Assembly: GCA_049299095.1 (NCBI GenBank)
Contig: JBAQWV010000143.1
Span: forward strand, 25,000-88,999
Direction: 5' to 3'
Length of the DNA: 64,000 bases
Source of the DNA: Anaerolineae bacterium
GTDB taxonomy: Bacteria; Chloroflexota; Anaerolineae; JAAEKA01
In this document: positions 8,426-19,825 of the stretch, one piece after another
Layout: each line of letters begins with the position of its first letter
Numbering within the stretch: the stretch's first letter is position 1
Program-made: the position numbers and the translations under genes
The notes under the pieces: generated by a model
The model's database searches: none
What the model was told of the DNA's origin: nothing
Seen by the model: only the letters and a program-made list of their open reading frames with translations

Positions 8426-8863
8426 GTGAATAAACAGTTCCGTCATCGCTTTCTGTCTGGTACAACGTTTCCCATAGTTCTGGTCTTCGTCCTCGCCGTT
8501 TTTGTGCTCACCTCTTGCAATGCCATGAACGCCAACCGCTTACATATTCGCATCCAAAATACCAGCTCCTCTGACATCAGCGACTTTTGGCTGGGTGCAG
8601 GCTCCGGTGCAGGCGGGCCAGGCAGCCGTTCGTTCGGGGCCATTGCCAGCGGCGCAACTACGCCCTATCGCGCGCTAAAAGCCGAATTCGGCTTGTACAG
8701 CAACTATAATTTCCTGACCACAGAGGGCCAGCGCTTCATCGGCACAACCTTCCCCAACGAGCTGTTCGGCAAGGTTGAGCTGGAGCCAGGCTATTACACC
8801 TTTGTCGTTTCCACCAGCGGAGACGCCACCAGCCTTGAGATTGTGACCGATCCAGCGCCTTAA
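8426..8863 (+). CDS. Small lipoprotein, hypothetical
   Basis: GTG at 8426 preceded by AGGGGAG RBS. Signal peptide with lipobox-like VLTSC. Remainder beta-rich, Ser/Thr-rich. Confidence 0.45.
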   Translation: MNKQFRHRFLSGTTFPIVLVFVLAVFVLTSCNAMNANRLHIRIQNTSSSDISDFWLGAGSGAGGPGSRSFGAIASGATTPYRALKAEFGLYSNYNFLTTEGQRFIGTTFPNELFGKVELEPGYYTFVVSTSGDATSLEIVTDPAP

Positions 8864-8887
8864 TCGCTGACTTGCGGTCAGCAATGG

Positions 8888-8992
8888 GGCTATTCCCTGC
8901 TTGCCAGCTAATCGGTGATGTGTACAATGAAAGCAGCCAGCCAGGCGGGCTGGCTGTAGTGCCAACACATGCTGAAAAGCAGGGAATAGTCC
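8888..8992 (+). promoter_or_regulatory. Structured 5' leader whose outer stem pairs the RBS of the VWA-FHA gene
   Basis: Outer 15-nt arms ggctattccctgctt (8888-8902) and aagcagggaatagtc (8977-8991) with 14/15 complementarity. They enclose a perfect 9-bp hairpin gcagccagcc/ggctggctg (8933-8956). The 3' arm contains the AGGGA Shine-Dalgarno 3 nt before ATG 8994. Confidence 0.4.
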
Positions 8993-8993
8993 A

Positions 8994-11135
8994 ATGACTA
9001 AGAGGATATTAGCCGGTTTGGGCGCGCTGTTTGTGCTGTTCTTTGTGGCCGCGTTCGCGGTTTCCGCACAAGCGCCTGTTTCTCCGCAAGTAATTAGCAC
9101 CGTTGCGCATCCGGGGGCCGAAGGGCTGGGGTTGGATGTTTATTTTGTCGTGACAGACGGCGATGGGCAACCAGTACTGGATGCCAACCTGGAAGAAGCC
9201 ACGATCCAGGTCGTCGGCAGCGCCAGCGCGCCGATTCCGGCCACCATTAGCACCCCACAAAGCACCATCTATGTCGTCCTGCTGCTCGACGTCAGCGGCA
9301 GTATGCAGAATATTATCGGTCAGGTGCGCGCGGCCGCGCTGTCTGCACTACAAACATTACCCGCCAATGCCCGCGTGTCGGTCATCGCCTTTAGCGACCA
9401 AATCAGTGTCGTCACCGACTTTACCGGGGACTTTATCACCGTACAACAGCGAATTCAGCAGATCGGCGTTGCTCCTGGCGCGCCGACCTGCCTGTACGAT
9501 GCCGTGTGGGACGTAATTGATCGTCTGGACATTGCCGCAACGGAGCCACAAGACCGCCGCGCGCTGATCCTTTTCACCGATGGCCGCGACGAAAAGGGCA
9601 ACGGGCAAGCATGCAGTATTCACACGTTGCAAGATGTCGTTCAAAAGGCACAACGCCAGCCCGCCACACCCATTCATACCATCGGCTTGTGCGGTGCGAC
9701 ATGCGCCAACCTGAACGTCACAGAATTGAGCGAAATCGCCAGCGCCACGCGCGGTTTTGCTGTAACTGGTGGGCAGACTGACCTGGAAGATATGTTCCAG
9801 GCGATCATGGACGGACTGAACGCCCAACTGGTCGCGCGGGCCGTGGTGTATCCCCGGCAGGGTACGGGGCAGGCTGTGCTGGCCGTACGGCCACACGATC
9901 TGAATGCCTTTGTGACCACGATGTTCAACTTTCGTTCTGACAAGGATTATGCCGAGCCACTGCCGCCGGTGGCTGTGCGCGTGACAGAACTGACCTTCCT
10001 GCCTGACAACAATACCTATCAGGTGGGTCTGGGCATCGGCAATCCGCAATCAGCAGACCGTCTGATCGTGAGTATTGAGGAAACCGAAGGCGGCAAGACG
10101 GTACTCAAGGGTTTGGAGATCAACGTCGAAGGCCGCGCTGCACTGCAAACAGACTTGCCCGCGGCCAACCTGACCGCGGGCCGTAAATACACCATCAAAT
10201 TTCAGGCCGTGGATGTCGCAAACAACTTCCTTACACTTCCTGAAGGCGCCGACGCCTGTTCCGATGACCCGACCGTCCTCGGCTGTAAAGAGTTCACACA
10301 CGAGCCGCCCGTTGCCCCCGGCTGCGAATTCGCGGTTCAGTCCGTTGCTTCGGACTACACCAATCAAGTACTGCGCTTCGATTTGGTGATGCCCAAACAG
10401 TGCAACGATGTGTTCTATCAGGGGGTGATCGTCCAAAAGGACACCGGCCAAAAGGTGCAGGACATCGGCCGCGGCACTTTCTTTGCTGCACAGGGCACCA
10501 ACCAGATCAATATTCCCATGCCTGTGCGGCTGTTACAACTGAAGAAAAAAGACCCTGTGCCGGAATTGGCGATGACCCTCACGCTGGAAACGCGCGAGAG
10601 TAAGCAAACCACGTTGGCCTATGAGTTCGTGCCCGATCGCCGCCCCCCCGTGCCTTTGACGGAATTTTTGCGACGCAATATCATGTTTTTGGTCGGTGGC
10701 CTGGCTATTGTAGTGTTGTACTTTCTATATCACACTTGGCAGTCACAACAGGCAGAAAAGCAGAAACGCGAGCAGGTGCGCCCGCCCATCGAATCCACCA
10801 CCAAGCCTGTTAATTTTGAAACGCCAGCCATGCGCTTGAAGCTACACATTCTATCCACCCCTGATCCCCAAAACCGGCGCGATCTGGTTGTAAGCCAATT
10901 CCCCTTCGTAATTGGCCGCAAGGAAGGCAACCTTATTATCCGGGATCAGAAAGTGTCTGGCAAGCACGCTCAAATCACCATCAACGGCAATGAATTCTTT
11001 ATTGAAGACCTGGGCAGCACCAACCACACCTACCTCGCGGGCAAGCCCCTGGTGCCGCACAGCCCACAGCGCCTGCCCAGCAAGCTGAAAGTGCGCCTCG
11101 GCCCCGACACCGAAATCGAAATCGAAACCATCTAA
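8994..11135 (+). CDS. Membrane protein with extracytoplasmic VWA domain and cytoplasmic C-terminal FHA domain
   Basis: Signal peptide [48 protein letters not shown] ... [13 protein letters not shown]. Single [20 protein letters not shown]-terminal FHA signature [49 protein letters not shown]. Confidence 0.7.
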   Translation: MTKRILAGLGALFVLFFVAAFAVSAQAPVSPQVISTVAHPGAEGLGLDVYFVVTDGDGQPVLDANLEEATIQVVGSASAPIPATISTPQSTIYVVLLLDVSGSMQNIIGQVRAAALSALQTLPANARVSVIAFSDQISVVTDFTGDFITVQQRIQQIGVAPGAPTCLYDAVWDVIDRLDIAATEPQDRRALILFTDGRDEKGNGQACSIHTLQDVVQKAQRQPATPIHTIGLCGATCANLNVTELSEIASATRGFAVTGGQTDLEDMFQAIMDGLNAQLVARAVVYPRQGTGQAVLAVRPHDLNAFVTTMFNFRSDKDYAEPLPPVAVRVTELTFLPDNNTYQVGLGIGNPQSADRLIVSIEETEGGKTVLKGLEINVEGRAALQTDLPAANLTAGRKYTIKFQAVDVANNFLTLPEGADACSDDPTVLGCKEFTHEPPVAPGCEFAVQSVASDYTNQVLRFDLVMPKQCNDVFYQGVIVQKDTGQKVQDIGRGTFFAAQGTNQINIPMPVRLLQLKKKDPVPELAMTLTLETRESKQTTLAYEFVPDRRPPVPLTEFLRRNIMFLVGGLAIVVLYFLYHTWQSQQAEKQKREQVRPPIESTTKPVNFETPAMRLKLHILSTPDPQNRRDLVVSQFPFVIGRKEGNLIIRDQKVSGKHAQITINGNEFFIEDLGSTNHTYLAGKPLVPHSPQRLPSKLKVRLGPDTEIEIETI

Positions 11136-11149
11136 CCCCAGGAGCATCT

Positions 11150-12190
11150 ATGTCCCCGCTACGTCTCGGCTTGAACATTGGCTATTCCGGCGCGCAGATC
11201 GAACTACCGCTTAACCTCGTGCAGGAAGCAGATCGGCTCGGCTTCTTCGCGGTGTGGGCCGCAGAATCTTACGGCTCCGACGCCGTAACGCCGCTGGCGT
11301 GGCTGGGCGCGCGCACCGAGCGCATCCACCTGGGCACAGCCATCATGCAGATGCCCGGCCGCACTCCGGCCAACACCGCCATGACCGCCATCACACTCGA
11401 CCAGCTTTCCGGCGGACGCATGTTGCTGGGGCTGGGACTATCCGGCCCGCAAGTGGTGGAAGGCTGGCACGGCGAAGCCTACGGCAAGCCGCTTGGCAAA
11501 ACGCGCGAATACATCCACATTGTGCGCACCATCCTGGCGCGCCAGCAGCCGCTGGTGCATCAGGGCGAGCATTACCAGGTTCCCTACACCGGTGCCGACG
11601 CCACCGGCCTCGGTAAGCCCCTCAAGAGCATCATTCATGGCCGCGCCGATTTGCCGATCTATCTGGCCGCGATTGGCCCAAAAAACGTGGAACTGGCCGC
11701 AGAAGTCGCCGACGGCTGGCTGCCGGTCTTTTTCTCCCCCGAACACTACGACGCAGTGTACAAGCCGCAGATCGAAGCGGGCTTCGCGCGCGCGGGCAAC
11801 GGCAAAAGCATTGAGCAGTTCGACATCGCGGCTACTGTGCCCGTGGTGATCGGCGACGACGTGGACGCGTGCCGGGCCGCGGTCAAGCCCTTCCTCGCGC
11901 TGTATGTGGGCGGGATGGGTGCCAAGGGCAAGAATTTCTATCACGACCTGGCCTGCCGCTACGGCTTTGCCGAGGCCGCCGACGCCATTCAGGACGCGTA
12001 CCTGGCCGGACGCAAGGGCGAGGCGATTGTAGCCGTACCCGACGAGATGGTGGACGCCGTTGCACTGTGCGGCCCGAAAGAACGCATCCGCGAGCGGCTG
12101 GCGTTGTGGCGAAACAGCCCTGTCACCACGCTCAACATCGCGGATCCCAATCCGCTTAATGTGCGGGTGATGGCCGAGCTGGTGCTATAG
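11150..12190 (+). CDS. LLM-class (luciferase-like) F420-dependent oxidoreductase family protein
   Basis: [11 protein letters not shown]...[75 protein letters not shown] is characteristic of the TIGR03559-like LLM family. AGGAG RBS. Confidence 0.7.
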   Translation: MSPLRLGLNIGYSGAQIELPLNLVQEADRLGFFAVWAAESYGSDAVTPLAWLGARTERIHLGTAIMQMPGRTPANTAMTAITLDQLSGGRMLLGLGLSGPQVVEGWHGEAYGKPLGKTREYIHIVRTILARQQPLVHQGEHYQVPYTGADATGLGKPLKSIIHGRADLPIYLAAIGPKNVELAAEVADGWLPVFFSPEHYDAVYKPQIEAGFARAGNGKSIEQFDIAATVPVVIGDDVDACRAAVKPFLALYVGGMGAKGKNFYHDLACRYGFAEAADAIQDAYLAGRKGEAIVAVPDEMVDAVALCGPKERIRERLALWRNSPVTTLNIADPNPLNVRVMAELVL

Positions 12191-12193
12191 CCG

Positions 12194-13204
12194 CTACAAG
12201 CGCAGCAGCCGTTGAAGCAATTCCTGCAACAGCCACAAAAAGATGGGGAGCAGGATCGCCGTTGCCAGACTGCGCACCGTGGCCGGTTGCCACGGCCAGG
12301 TGGGACGGCTTTCGATGATTTCACGCGTGGTTTTCAGGCTACCGATGGCTTGCTCCACTTCGCCCACACTGGCTAACTGCACGCCATCTACTCGCTGGTA
12401 GAGCAGCGTAATCATCGCTTTCAGGCGGCTTTCCACTTCGCCCAGTTGCTTGCTTTTTTCGTCCAACAGCAGGCGATGCACACCCATCAACGGCCAACTG
12501 AACAGCACAACGGCCACTAGGGTCAAAGTTCCCGCGGGGATAAGCAGCGTCAGCTTGGCTTCGCCGGGCAGCAACGCCAAAATCGCATATTGCAGCAACA
12601 CCAACCCACTGGCCGCGCGCATCGTCAGGCCGGAAAAAGCCATCAGCGGCTCCAGGTTGTACAAGTCAACCGATTTGATCTGCGCATAGATGCGTCGCAC
12701 AGTGCGCATTTGATGGATGACGTGCTGCATAAAGGAGCCGCCGACTGCGAAGGACAAGATACTGATGATCACTTCCCAAAGTGGAAAAAACGGCTTGATG
12801 TGCGCGTAGCCGGTGATCACCAGCACGGTGGAGGTCACGATCCAAAACAGGCTGCCTAGGCGGGCCGTGCGCACGGGCGTGACCGTCAACTCGTAGCGCA
12901 GCCGCTCCATCTCTCCCTCGCCGCCGTGCAGCAGCGGCTCGAACTGGGCCAGCGCGCGCCGCGCGTAACGATCCAGATAGCTGTGCAGCAGCAGCACCCC
13001 CACAATCCACAAAAGGAAGGGCGGTGGTGCTGGGTTGAACGTCCCCAACGGCTGCCGCCCATCCACCCAACGCATCATGCTGGTCAGAAGATAACCCGCC
13101 GCGCCAATGCCAAGATAATACGGCCAGGGCGGGCCGGGCAGACGATCTACCCACTGGCTGAAGCGATCCAGCCAACTGGGCGGGTAGGGCGGGGTCGCGG
13201 GCAT
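12194..13204 (-). CDS. Hypothetical polytopic membrane protein
   Basis: Multiple hydrophobic helices. Convergent, nearly abutting the LLM gene. Immediately downstream of pepF on the same strand. Confidence 0.4.
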   Translation of the reverse strand: MPATPPYPPSWLDRFSQWVDRLPGPPWPYYLGIGAAGYLLTSMMRWVDGRQPLGTFNPAPPPFLLWIVGVLLLHSYLDRYARRALAQFEPLLHGGEGEMERLRYELTVTPVRTARLGSLFWIVTSTVLVITGYAHIKPFFPLWEVIISILSFAVGGSFMQHVIHQMRTVRRIYAQIKSVDLYNLEPLMAFSGLTMRAASGLVLLQYAILALLPGEAKLTLLIPAGTLTLVAVVLFSWPLMGVHRLLLDEKSKQLGEVESRLKAMITLLYQRVDGVQLASVGEVEQAIGSLKTTREIIESRPTWPWQPATVRSLATAILLPIFLWLLQELLQRLLRL

Positions 13205-13208
13205 GAGT

Positions 13209-14903
13209 TTATCCTTCCAGCAGCGCGAGCTGCTCCTTAATCAGCGCCATCAGGTCACCCACAGTTTGGCGGTCGAAGGCAAAGCGCGCGCCAGCCGCGG
13301 CAAACAACTCCGGCAGCGGACGCGTATACCCCAGCGCCAGCGCGGAACGATAGGCGGCCACAGCCTGCGCCTGATCGGTCAGGGCATTGCGCCACACTTG
13401 CAGCGCGCCGAGCTGGGCCAGCCCGTATTCGATGTAGTAGAAGGGGGCTTCGAAGATGTGGCCCTTGCGCTGCCAGCCAGTGGCTTTTTCCGTTGCCAGA
13501 CCGCGATAATCAATGCCTGGCAGAAAACGATCCCACAGACCTGCCCAGACCGTGTCCAGGTCGTCGGCGGTCACGGTTTGCGGCGCGTCGGCGTACACCC
13601 AATGCTGGAACGCATCCACCACGGCCATGTAAGGGAGGAAGAGCACAATCTTGCGCAGTTTGTTTGCATAAGCGCGGCGCGCGGCCGCGGCATTCATCTG
13701 GAATCCACCTTGATCCTGCGCCAGATAGGGCACGCTAAGCAGTTCCATAGACATTGACGCCACTTCGCAAAACTCCATCGGGCCGTTCATGTTCCAGACC
13801 AACGGCTGGCACTGCGATTCCATGAAATGAAAGGCATGGCCGCCTTCGTGCAGCAGGGTAAACACATCCGTCTGCGTACCCACGCCGTTCATCTGGATAT
13901 AAGGCTTGCCGCTGACCGGGAAGCCATTGCAGTACGCGCCGGGCGCTTTGTTGGGACGGGATGCCAGATCGAGATAGCCGATGCGCATGGCGCGAAAATA
14001 GCCTGCCAGCACCGGGTCAACCTGATCGAAGATATGCTGCGCGCCTGTTTCCAGTGCCGCGGCTTCGGTGAAGGGTTGCAACGGCTCGCCGTCCGGATCC
14101 GCGTCCACATCCCAGGGACGCAGGCGCTCGATCCCCAGCCGCGCAGCCTGCTGCTGGTAGAGCTGTGTCGCCAACGGCACGACTTCGTGTTCGATGGCGT
14201 CGTGAAAGGTGAAGGCATCGTCGGCACGGTAATCGAAGCGCCCCAGTTGAAGCCAGCGAAAGTCGCGGTAATTGGCGAAACCGGCCTGTGCGGCCACAGT
14301 GCGGCGCAGGGGTAACATCGCCAGGTAGAGGTCGTTCAATGCGCTGCGTTCTTGCAGATAACGCTGCATGATGCCGTGCCAGACCGCTTCCCGTTCGGCG
14401 CGGTCAGGGCCTTGCAGACGGCTGGTGGCCTGCGCCACCGTTTCCTGCGCGCCTTGCCAGGAGATCGTCATGCCGCCAACAATCTTGTTGTACTGATTGC
14501 CCAGCCCGTCCAGCTTGCTTTCGACCGGCACATTTTCGGCACGGAACAGGTCAGCCTCACTACGAAAACGCCGCAATAGCAGGACGGCGTCCGCAGCCGG
14601 GACGTAGTCAGGTAGCGCCAGCAGCTTTTGTTTCAAAGCCTGCTCGGCGTGCTTGGCCTGCGGTATGATTTCTTCTATGAAATGGGTGAAGCGTTGCTCG
14701 GCGGCTGTGTCAGCGGTGTTTTCGGTGATTTCCCGGTAAATCTGCGCGCCCGCTTCTTCCAGAACCGCTTCCAGCGCACTCCATTGGCGCAGCCAGGCCT
14801 CGACGTTAGCCGCGTTCAGCGTCACGGCCAGCAGAGCGTCAACGTGGGGTTGCACCGTGGGCCAGTCGAGGGCATTTACATCGTTGTAAGCAAGTATCGT
14901 CAT
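13209..14903 (-). CDS. pepF: M3-family oligoendopeptidase F
   Basis: Zinc-binding HEGGHAFH (HExxH) within an M3B-like context. 564 aa, typical PepF length. Confidence 0.75.
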   Translation of the reverse strand: MTILAYNDVNALDWPTVQPHVDALLAVTLNAANVEAWLRQWSALEAVLEEAGAQIYREITENTADTAAEQRFTHFIEEIIPQAKHAEQALKQKLLALPDYVPAADAVLLLRRFRSEADLFRAENVPVESKLDGLGNQYNKIVGGMTISWQGAQETVAQATSRLQGPDRAEREAVWHGIMQRYLQERSALNDLYLAMLPLRRTVAAQAGFANYRDFRWLQLGRFDYRADDAFTFHDAIEHEVVPLATQLYQQQAARLGIERLRPWDVDADPDGEPLQPFTEAAALETGAQHIFDQVDPVLAGYFRAMRIGYLDLASRPNKAPGAYCNGFPVSGKPYIQMNGVGTQTDVFTLLHEGGHAFHFMESQCQPLVWNMNGPMEFCEVASMSMELLSVPYLAQDQGGFQMNAAAARRAYANKLRKIVLFLPYMAVVDAFQHWVYADAPQTVTADDLDTVWAGLWDRFLPGIDYRGLATEKATGWQRKGHIFEAPFYYIEYGLAQLGALQVWRNALTDQAQAVAAYRSALALGYTRPLPELFAAAGARFAFDRQTVGDLMALIKEQLALLEG

Positions 14904-15125
14904 TGATCTTTCTCCTCGCGGTTTGTGTGTTGATTCTACTGCGGGTGCGGCAACGCTGCAAATAGCCGGTGCGCTTCAAGGTAAGCTGGCTGCCAAAGTT
15001 GCGGCTTGTTCCTTTGGTCGCAAGCGCCAGATGCAGTATAATCGCGCCAGGTTTTTCATAAAGCAAGAAAAACCCTGATCTAACCATTGAATTGTTCCAC
15101 AACCCTAGATGAGCTAAGAACAGAA

Positions 15126-17972
15126 ATGGACCCCAATTCAAATTCGATGACGCCTGCAAGACCGAATAGCAGTGATTGGTACAGTGTCAGCACTGAACAA
15201 GTGCTGGCGCATCTGGAAAGCAATTTTCACGACGGCCTGACCAGCCAGTTGGCGCAGCAGCGTTTGGCGAAGGACGGCCCGAACGAACTGACCGAAGCGC
15301 CGCGCCCTGGCTTTTGGTCGCGATTAGCTGACCAGTTCAAAAGCTTTTTGGTGATGATCCTGATCGTCGCCAGCGTGATTTCGTTGGCGCTGGGTGATGT
15401 GGTCGAAGCCATTGCGATTATGGCTATCGTGGTATTAAACGCTATTTTGGGCGTGATTCAGGAATCGCGCGCGGAAGAGGCGCTGACTGCCCTGCGCAAG
15501 ATGACCGCGCCCGAAGCGCACGTCCTGCGCGACGGGCATCAGATCACCGTGCCCGCCCGCGAGCTGGTGGAAGGGGACGTGGTGATCCTGGAAACGGGTA
15601 ACTACGTACCTGCGGACGTGCGCCTGCTGGAGGCTGTCAATCTCAAGATCGAAGAGGCCAGCCTGACCGGCGAATCGGAGCCGGTGCAGAAGCGCGCCGA
15701 TGTGGTGCTGGATCGTGACATCCCGCTAGGAGACCGCAAAAACACCGCGTACATGGGTACAGTCGTGACCTATGGCCGCGGCCGCGGCATCGTCACCGAC
15801 ACCGGTATGCGCACCCAGATCGGCCTGATCGCGCAGATGATCCAGAGCTTCGATACAGAGCCGACCCCCTTGCAGCGCAAGCTGGAGCAGTTGGGGCGCA
15901 CGCTGGGTATTGCCGCACTGGCAGTCTGTGGCCTGGTATTCGTGGTCGGCGTCGGGCGCTACATGATGAATCCGATCCCAGGCGTTACACTGACTGAAGA
16001 AATCCTGGAAATGTTCATCGTGGCGATCAGCCTGGCGATTGCGGCTGTGCCAGAAGGCCTGCCCGCGGTGGTCACGATTTGTTTGGCGCTGGGGATGCAG
16101 CGTATGGTCAGGCGTCACGCGTTGCTGCGCCGTCTGCCCGCGGTGGAAGCCCTCGGTTCGGCCACAGCAATTTGCTCCGACAAGACCGGCACGCTGACCC
16201 AGAACGCCATGACGGTCACGCGGGTATGGACGCCGGACGTGCATCTGTCCGTCACCGGCGAAGGCTACACTCCGGAAGGCAATTTCTACGCCGGAGACGC
16301 GCAGGTGGGCGCGGGTGAATTGCCCGGCAGCGTCAAGCTGCTCCTGCAAACCGGCTTGCTCTGCAACGATGCCTACATCGAAACCAGTGGCGCGGAAGAA
16401 GGTCAGCGCACCTGGCGCATGGTGGGTGATCCCACCGAAGGCGCGCTGGTAGTGGCTGCGGCCAAAGCGGGCTATTGGATCAACGACAACACCCTGCCGC
16501 GCCAGGCAGAGTTGCCCTTCGATTCGGAACGCAAGGCGATGACGGTGGTCTACCAAACCACCGGAACCGCGCTGGATACCGGCAAGTTGGGGCTTGCTGC
16601 GGCTGGAACTGCACCATTTTTGGCAATGGTCAAGGGCGCGCCAGACATGGTGCTGGACAAGTGCACACAAATCTACCAGAATGGCGAAGCGCGACCCTTA
16701 ACCGCGACTGAAAAGCAGCGCATCATGGATATGAACGCGCAGCTGGCTTCGCAGGCTTTGCGGGTGCTGGGCGCGGCCGTACGACCACTGGCAGCCCTGC
16801 CCGCCGAAGATGACCTGACGCCCGCCCACATCGAACGGGACCTGGTGTTCGTAGGCTTAAGCGGCATGATTGACCCGCCGCGGCCAGAGGTGAAAGCTGC
16901 CGTAGACACCGCACGCCGGGCAGGCATCAAGACTGTGATGATCACCGGCGACTACCTGGATACTGCGGTGGCGATTGCCAAGGATATTGGCTTGCTACGG
17001 CCCGGTGGCCGTGCCATGATGGGCGCCGAGTTGGACACCTACGACGACAAGGCTTTCGACGAGGTGGTTGAGACGGTGAACGTGTACGCGCGCGTGTCGC
17101 CACAGCACAAAGTACGCATCGTGGAAGCGCTGCGCCAGCGCGGCCACATCGTGGCAATGACCGGCGACGGCGTCAACGATGCGCCGGCCCTCAAGCGGGC
17201 CGACATCGGCGTGGCGATGGGGATCACTGGTACCGATGTGAGTAAAGAAACTGCGGCGATGGTGTTGACCGATGATAACTACGCCTCAATTGTCTCTGCG
17301 GTAGAAGAAGGCCGCGTGATCTATTCCAACATCCGCAAATTCGTTTCTTATCTGCTGTCGTGCAACGTCGGTGAAATCCTGATTATCTTCCTGGCAACGC
17401 TGGTTGGGCTGCCATTGCCCTTGACGGCGATTCAACTGCTGGTGCTGAATCTGATTACCGACGGTGCGCCCGCGCTGGCGCTGGGGCTGGAAAAGGGTGA
17501 TCCCGACATCATGCAACGCCCGCCCCGCCGCCCGGAGGAGCCAGTGATCAACCGCGAAATGGCGATTGGCATTGCTGTGCAGGCGGTCGCTATCACCGTT
17601 GCTGTACTGGCTGTCTTCCTGATTGGCCTACGCTGGTACCCGGAAAACCTGCACCACGCGCAAACGATGGCTTTTGTGACATTGGCGCTTTCTGAGCTTC
17701 TGCGCGCATACACCGCCCGCTCCGAGCGTTACAGCGTGTTTAGCGTCGGCGTGTTCAGCAACCGCTATATGCAATATGCCGTGCTGTTGTCACTGGCAAT
17801 CATGTTGTTAATTATCTACGTACCCGCACTTGACCCGATCTTCAACACGACCTTCCTGGGGGTACGTGACTGGCTAACCATGCTGCCCTTCCTGTTCATT
17901 CCCGCAATTGCCGGCGAACTGGCGAAGATTCCCTTCCGCCGCCAGCAGGAACAAGCGCAGGCGGCGCTGTAA
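15126..17972 (+). CDS. P-type cation-transporting ATPase (P2-type, Ca2+-ATPase-like)
   Basis: Phosphorylation motif [15 protein letters not shown]-type [46 protein letters not shown]. 10 TM pattern. Start trimmed to ATG 15126 (ORF track 15087). Candidate promoter TTGGTC-17-TATAAT near 15017-15045. Confidence 0.85.
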   Translation: MDPNSNSMTPARPNSSDWYSVSTEQVLAHLESNFHDGLTSQLAQQRLAKDGPNELTEAPRPGFWSRLADQFKSFLVMILIVASVISLALGDVVEAIAIMAIVVLNAILGVIQESRAEEALTALRKMTAPEAHVLRDGHQITVPARELVEGDVVILETGNYVPADVRLLEAVNLKIEEASLTGESEPVQKRADVVLDRDIPLGDRKNTAYMGTVVTYGRGRGIVTDTGMRTQIGLIAQMIQSFDTEPTPLQRKLEQLGRTLGIAALAVCGLVFVVGVGRYMMNPIPGVTLTEEILEMFIVAISLAIAAVPEGLPAVVTICLALGMQRMVRRHALLRRLPAVEALGSATAICSDKTGTLTQNAMTVTRVWTPDVHLSVTGEGYTPEGNFYAGDAQVGAGELPGSVKLLLQTGLLCNDAYIETSGAEEGQRTWRMVGDPTEGALVVAAAKAGYWINDNTLPRQAELPFDSERKAMTVVYQTTGTALDTGKLGLAAAGTAPFLAMVKGAPDMVLDKCTQIYQNGEARPLTATEKQRIMDMNAQLASQALRVLGAAVRPLAALPAEDDLTPAHIERDLVFVGLSGMIDPPRPEVKAAVDTARRAGIKTVMITGDYLDTAVAIAKDIGLLRPGGRAMMGAELDTYDDKAFDEVVETVNVYARVSPQHKVRIVEALRQRGHIVAMTGDGVNDAPALKRADIGVAMGITGTDVSKETAAMVLTDDNYASIVSAVEEGRVIYSNIRKFVSYLLSCNVGEILIIFLATLVGLPLPLTAIQLLVLNLITDGAPALALGLEKGDPDIMQRPPRRPEEPVINREMAIGIAVQAVAITVAVLAVFLIGLRWYPENLHHAQTMAFVTLALSELLRAYTARSERYSVFSVGVFSNRYMQYAVLLSLAIMLLIIYVPALDPIFNTTFLGVRDWLTMLPFLFIPAIAGELAKIPFRRQQEQAQAAL

Positions 17973-18026
17973 TTCTGACGAGTTTCGACGCATAAACCGC
18001 GGGTCAGCTACGGTTGACCCGCGGTT

Positions 18027-18809
18027 TTGGTTTTCATCAGCCGATTGCTGAAACAGCCAAGCGATGCTATACTGCTTCGGTCTATGGGATGGGAAAAACA
18101 AAAACGACACCAAAGGAGTTTGACCCTCGTGACGAGTACCAACAAAAGCAAGTTAGGGTTTTTATCCGATATTGAGCTGTTTCAAGATCTGTCGCCCAAA
18201 GAAATCGAGGAACTGGAACGCCTCATCACCATCAGTTCGGTGAAGCGCGGCAAGGTATTCTACCGCCCCGAAGAAACCGGCGAAGTCTTGTTTATCATCA
18301 AATCCGGACGCGTGCAGCTTTACCGCATCTCACCGGAAGGCAAGAAGCTGGTCATTGCATCGCTGGGGCCGAGCACGTTGTTCGGCGAAATGCCCTTGCT
18401 GGGCCAGCAGTTACACAACACCTTTGCGGAAGCCGCCGAGGACTGCACGATCTTCGTGATGAGTCGCAAGGACCTGGAGCGGCTCTTCCTCAACAAGCCC
18501 CACGTCGCCCTGCGTGTGCTGGACATCACAGGCCGACGCCTGCGCGAGGCGGAAAACCGCCTGCAAACGATGGCTTTCAAGGGAATTCCCGCCCGGCTGG
18601 CCTCGTTGCTATTGCTGCTGGCCGAAGAAAGCGAAAGCCTGGAAGTCGTCGGCTTGACACATCAGGATTTGGCGGAAACGGTCGGCACCTACCGCGAAAC
18701 CGCCACGCAGGTGCTGAACGATCTGAAAGCGCAGGGCCTGATTGAAATCGGACGCAAGCGCATCACGATTCTGGATACGGAACGTTTGATGGCAATTGCA
18801 GAAAGTTAA
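18027..18809 (+). CDS. Crp/Fnr-family transcriptional regulator (cNMP-binding domain plus C-terminal HTH)
   Basis: cNMP-binding beta-roll region [22 protein letters not shown]...GEMPLL. C-terminal [30 protein letters not shown]. True start uncertain (alternatives near 18084 or 18129). Confidence 0.75.
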   Translation: MVFISRLLKQPSDAILLRSMGWEKQKRHQRSLTLVTSTNKSKLGFLSDIELFQDLSPKEIEELERLITISSVKRGKVFYRPEETGEVLFIIKSGRVQLYRISPEGKKLVIASLGPSTLFGEMPLLGQQLHNTFAEAAEDCTIFVMSRKDLERLFLNKPHVALRVLDITGRRLREAENRLQTMAFKGIPARLASLLLLLAEESESLEVVGLTHQDLAETVGTYRETATQVLNDLKAQGLIEIGRKRITILDTERLMAIAES

Positions 18810-18927
18810 GCGGTGCAGCAACCAGGGCTGATTGCCGCCCAAAACCCTGTTTCCTGCGACTTGCTTGTACCTCGCCGATCTTGTGCGCGTATTCTATTTG
18901 TGCCATGCTGCGCTAGCTCAAGCTGTT

Positions 18928-18956
18928 TTGACAATTGCCCGTATAGGTTGTAAAAT
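18928..18956 (+). promoter_or_regulatory. Sigma-A-type promoter upstream of tandem ferredoxin genes
   Basis: TTGACA (18928-18933), 17-nt spacer, TAAAAT (18951-18956). Followed by a structured leader containing gcttgcaac...gttgcaagc. Confidence 0.45.
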
Positions 18957-19074
18957 TCTTTCACCGTCTGGCCCAGCTTGCAACTTGCCCGGCGGCGCTT
19001 GCATCGTTGCAAGCACATCAAGTCACCAACTGTTGCCTTGATGGCAACACCTCAGTTTAGGAGGACACCCATCC

Positions 19075-19428
19075 ATGACCCACGTTATTACTGAAATCTG
19101 CCTGCGCGATGGCGCTTGCGTCGAAGTTTGCCCCGTTGAATGTATCATTCCTGGCCAGCCGGAATCCGATTGGCCCTGGTACTTCATTGACCCCGACACC
19201 TGCATTGACTGCGGCGCGTGCGTGCCGGAATGCCCATTCGAAGCCATCTTCCCCGAAGAAGATGTCCCCACCGATTACGAAATGCGCGCTGGCCAGCAGG
19301 CTGTGCCGTGGGACAGCAAGGAACTGTACACCGCCGAGGGTGGCGAAGTGGTTGATATGACCCCCGCTATCCAGGCGAACGCCGATTTCTTCACCGAAGG
19401 CCCTGGCTACGACGCCTTGAACATGTAG
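19075..19428 (+). CDS. Ferredoxin (two Cys clusters, 7Fe/8Fe-type)
   Basis: CLRDGACVEVCPVEC and CIDCGACVPECP motifs. AGGAGG RBS. Confidence 0.8.
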   Translation: MTHVITEICLRDGACVEVCPVECIIPGQPESDWPWYFIDPDTCIDCGACVPECPFEAIFPEEDVPTDYEMRAGQQAVPWDSKELYTAEGGEVVDMTPAIQANADFFTEGPGYDALNM

Positions 19429-19450
19429 CCTGTTTGGAGAGCGATAGCCC

Positions 19451-19723
19451 ATGCCTCACGTTATCAGCGATCTGTGCTTACGCGACGGCGCGTGTGTTGA
19501 AGTATGCCCCGTTGAGTGCATCGTCGCCGGCCAGCCTGAAATGGAGTGGCCGTGGTATTACATTGACCCGGACACCTGCATTGACTGCGGCGCGTGCGTA
19601 CCGGAGTGCCCTGTCGAGGCAATCTTCCCGCAAGAAGAAATGCCCAAAGAGTATCACCGATCTGCCCAGCTCAACGCTGATTTCTTCTCCAAGGGGCCGG
19701 GCTACGAAGCACTCAACATGTAG
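19451..19723 (+). CDS. Ferredoxin paralog (tandem duplicate of the upstream ferredoxin)
   Basis: Same Cys motifs. Shares an identical 29-nt stretch gacacctgcattgactgcggcgcgtgcgt with the upstream gene. Confidence 0.8.
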   Translation: MPHVISDLCLRDGACVEVCPVECIVAGQPEMEWPWYYIDPDTCIDCGACVPECPVEAIFPQEEMPKEYHRSAQLNADFFSKGPGYEALNM

Positions 19724-19825
19724 CCGGTTCAGCCCGACTCGTTGGCCCTTCGATACCGACGGCTTGTCCGGTAGCTGGTGTCGTTCACTGCCAACCCATC
19801 GGTTGAATGAAACGACCATGCTAGT

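Noticed and set aside
8676-8695. Intragenic GAATTC-centred palindromes (e.g. aagccgaattcggctt at ~8680, gggaattccc at ~18590) as further members of the GAATTCGG repeat family
   Set aside because: They lie inside coding regions. They lack the paired TIR arrangement flanking a spacer. The hexamer is self-palindromic, so short extensions arise easily by chance.
15726-16670. 314-aa minus-strand ORF inside the P-type ATPase gene
   Set aside because: Antisense to a CDS with an unambiguous DKTGT signature. No features.
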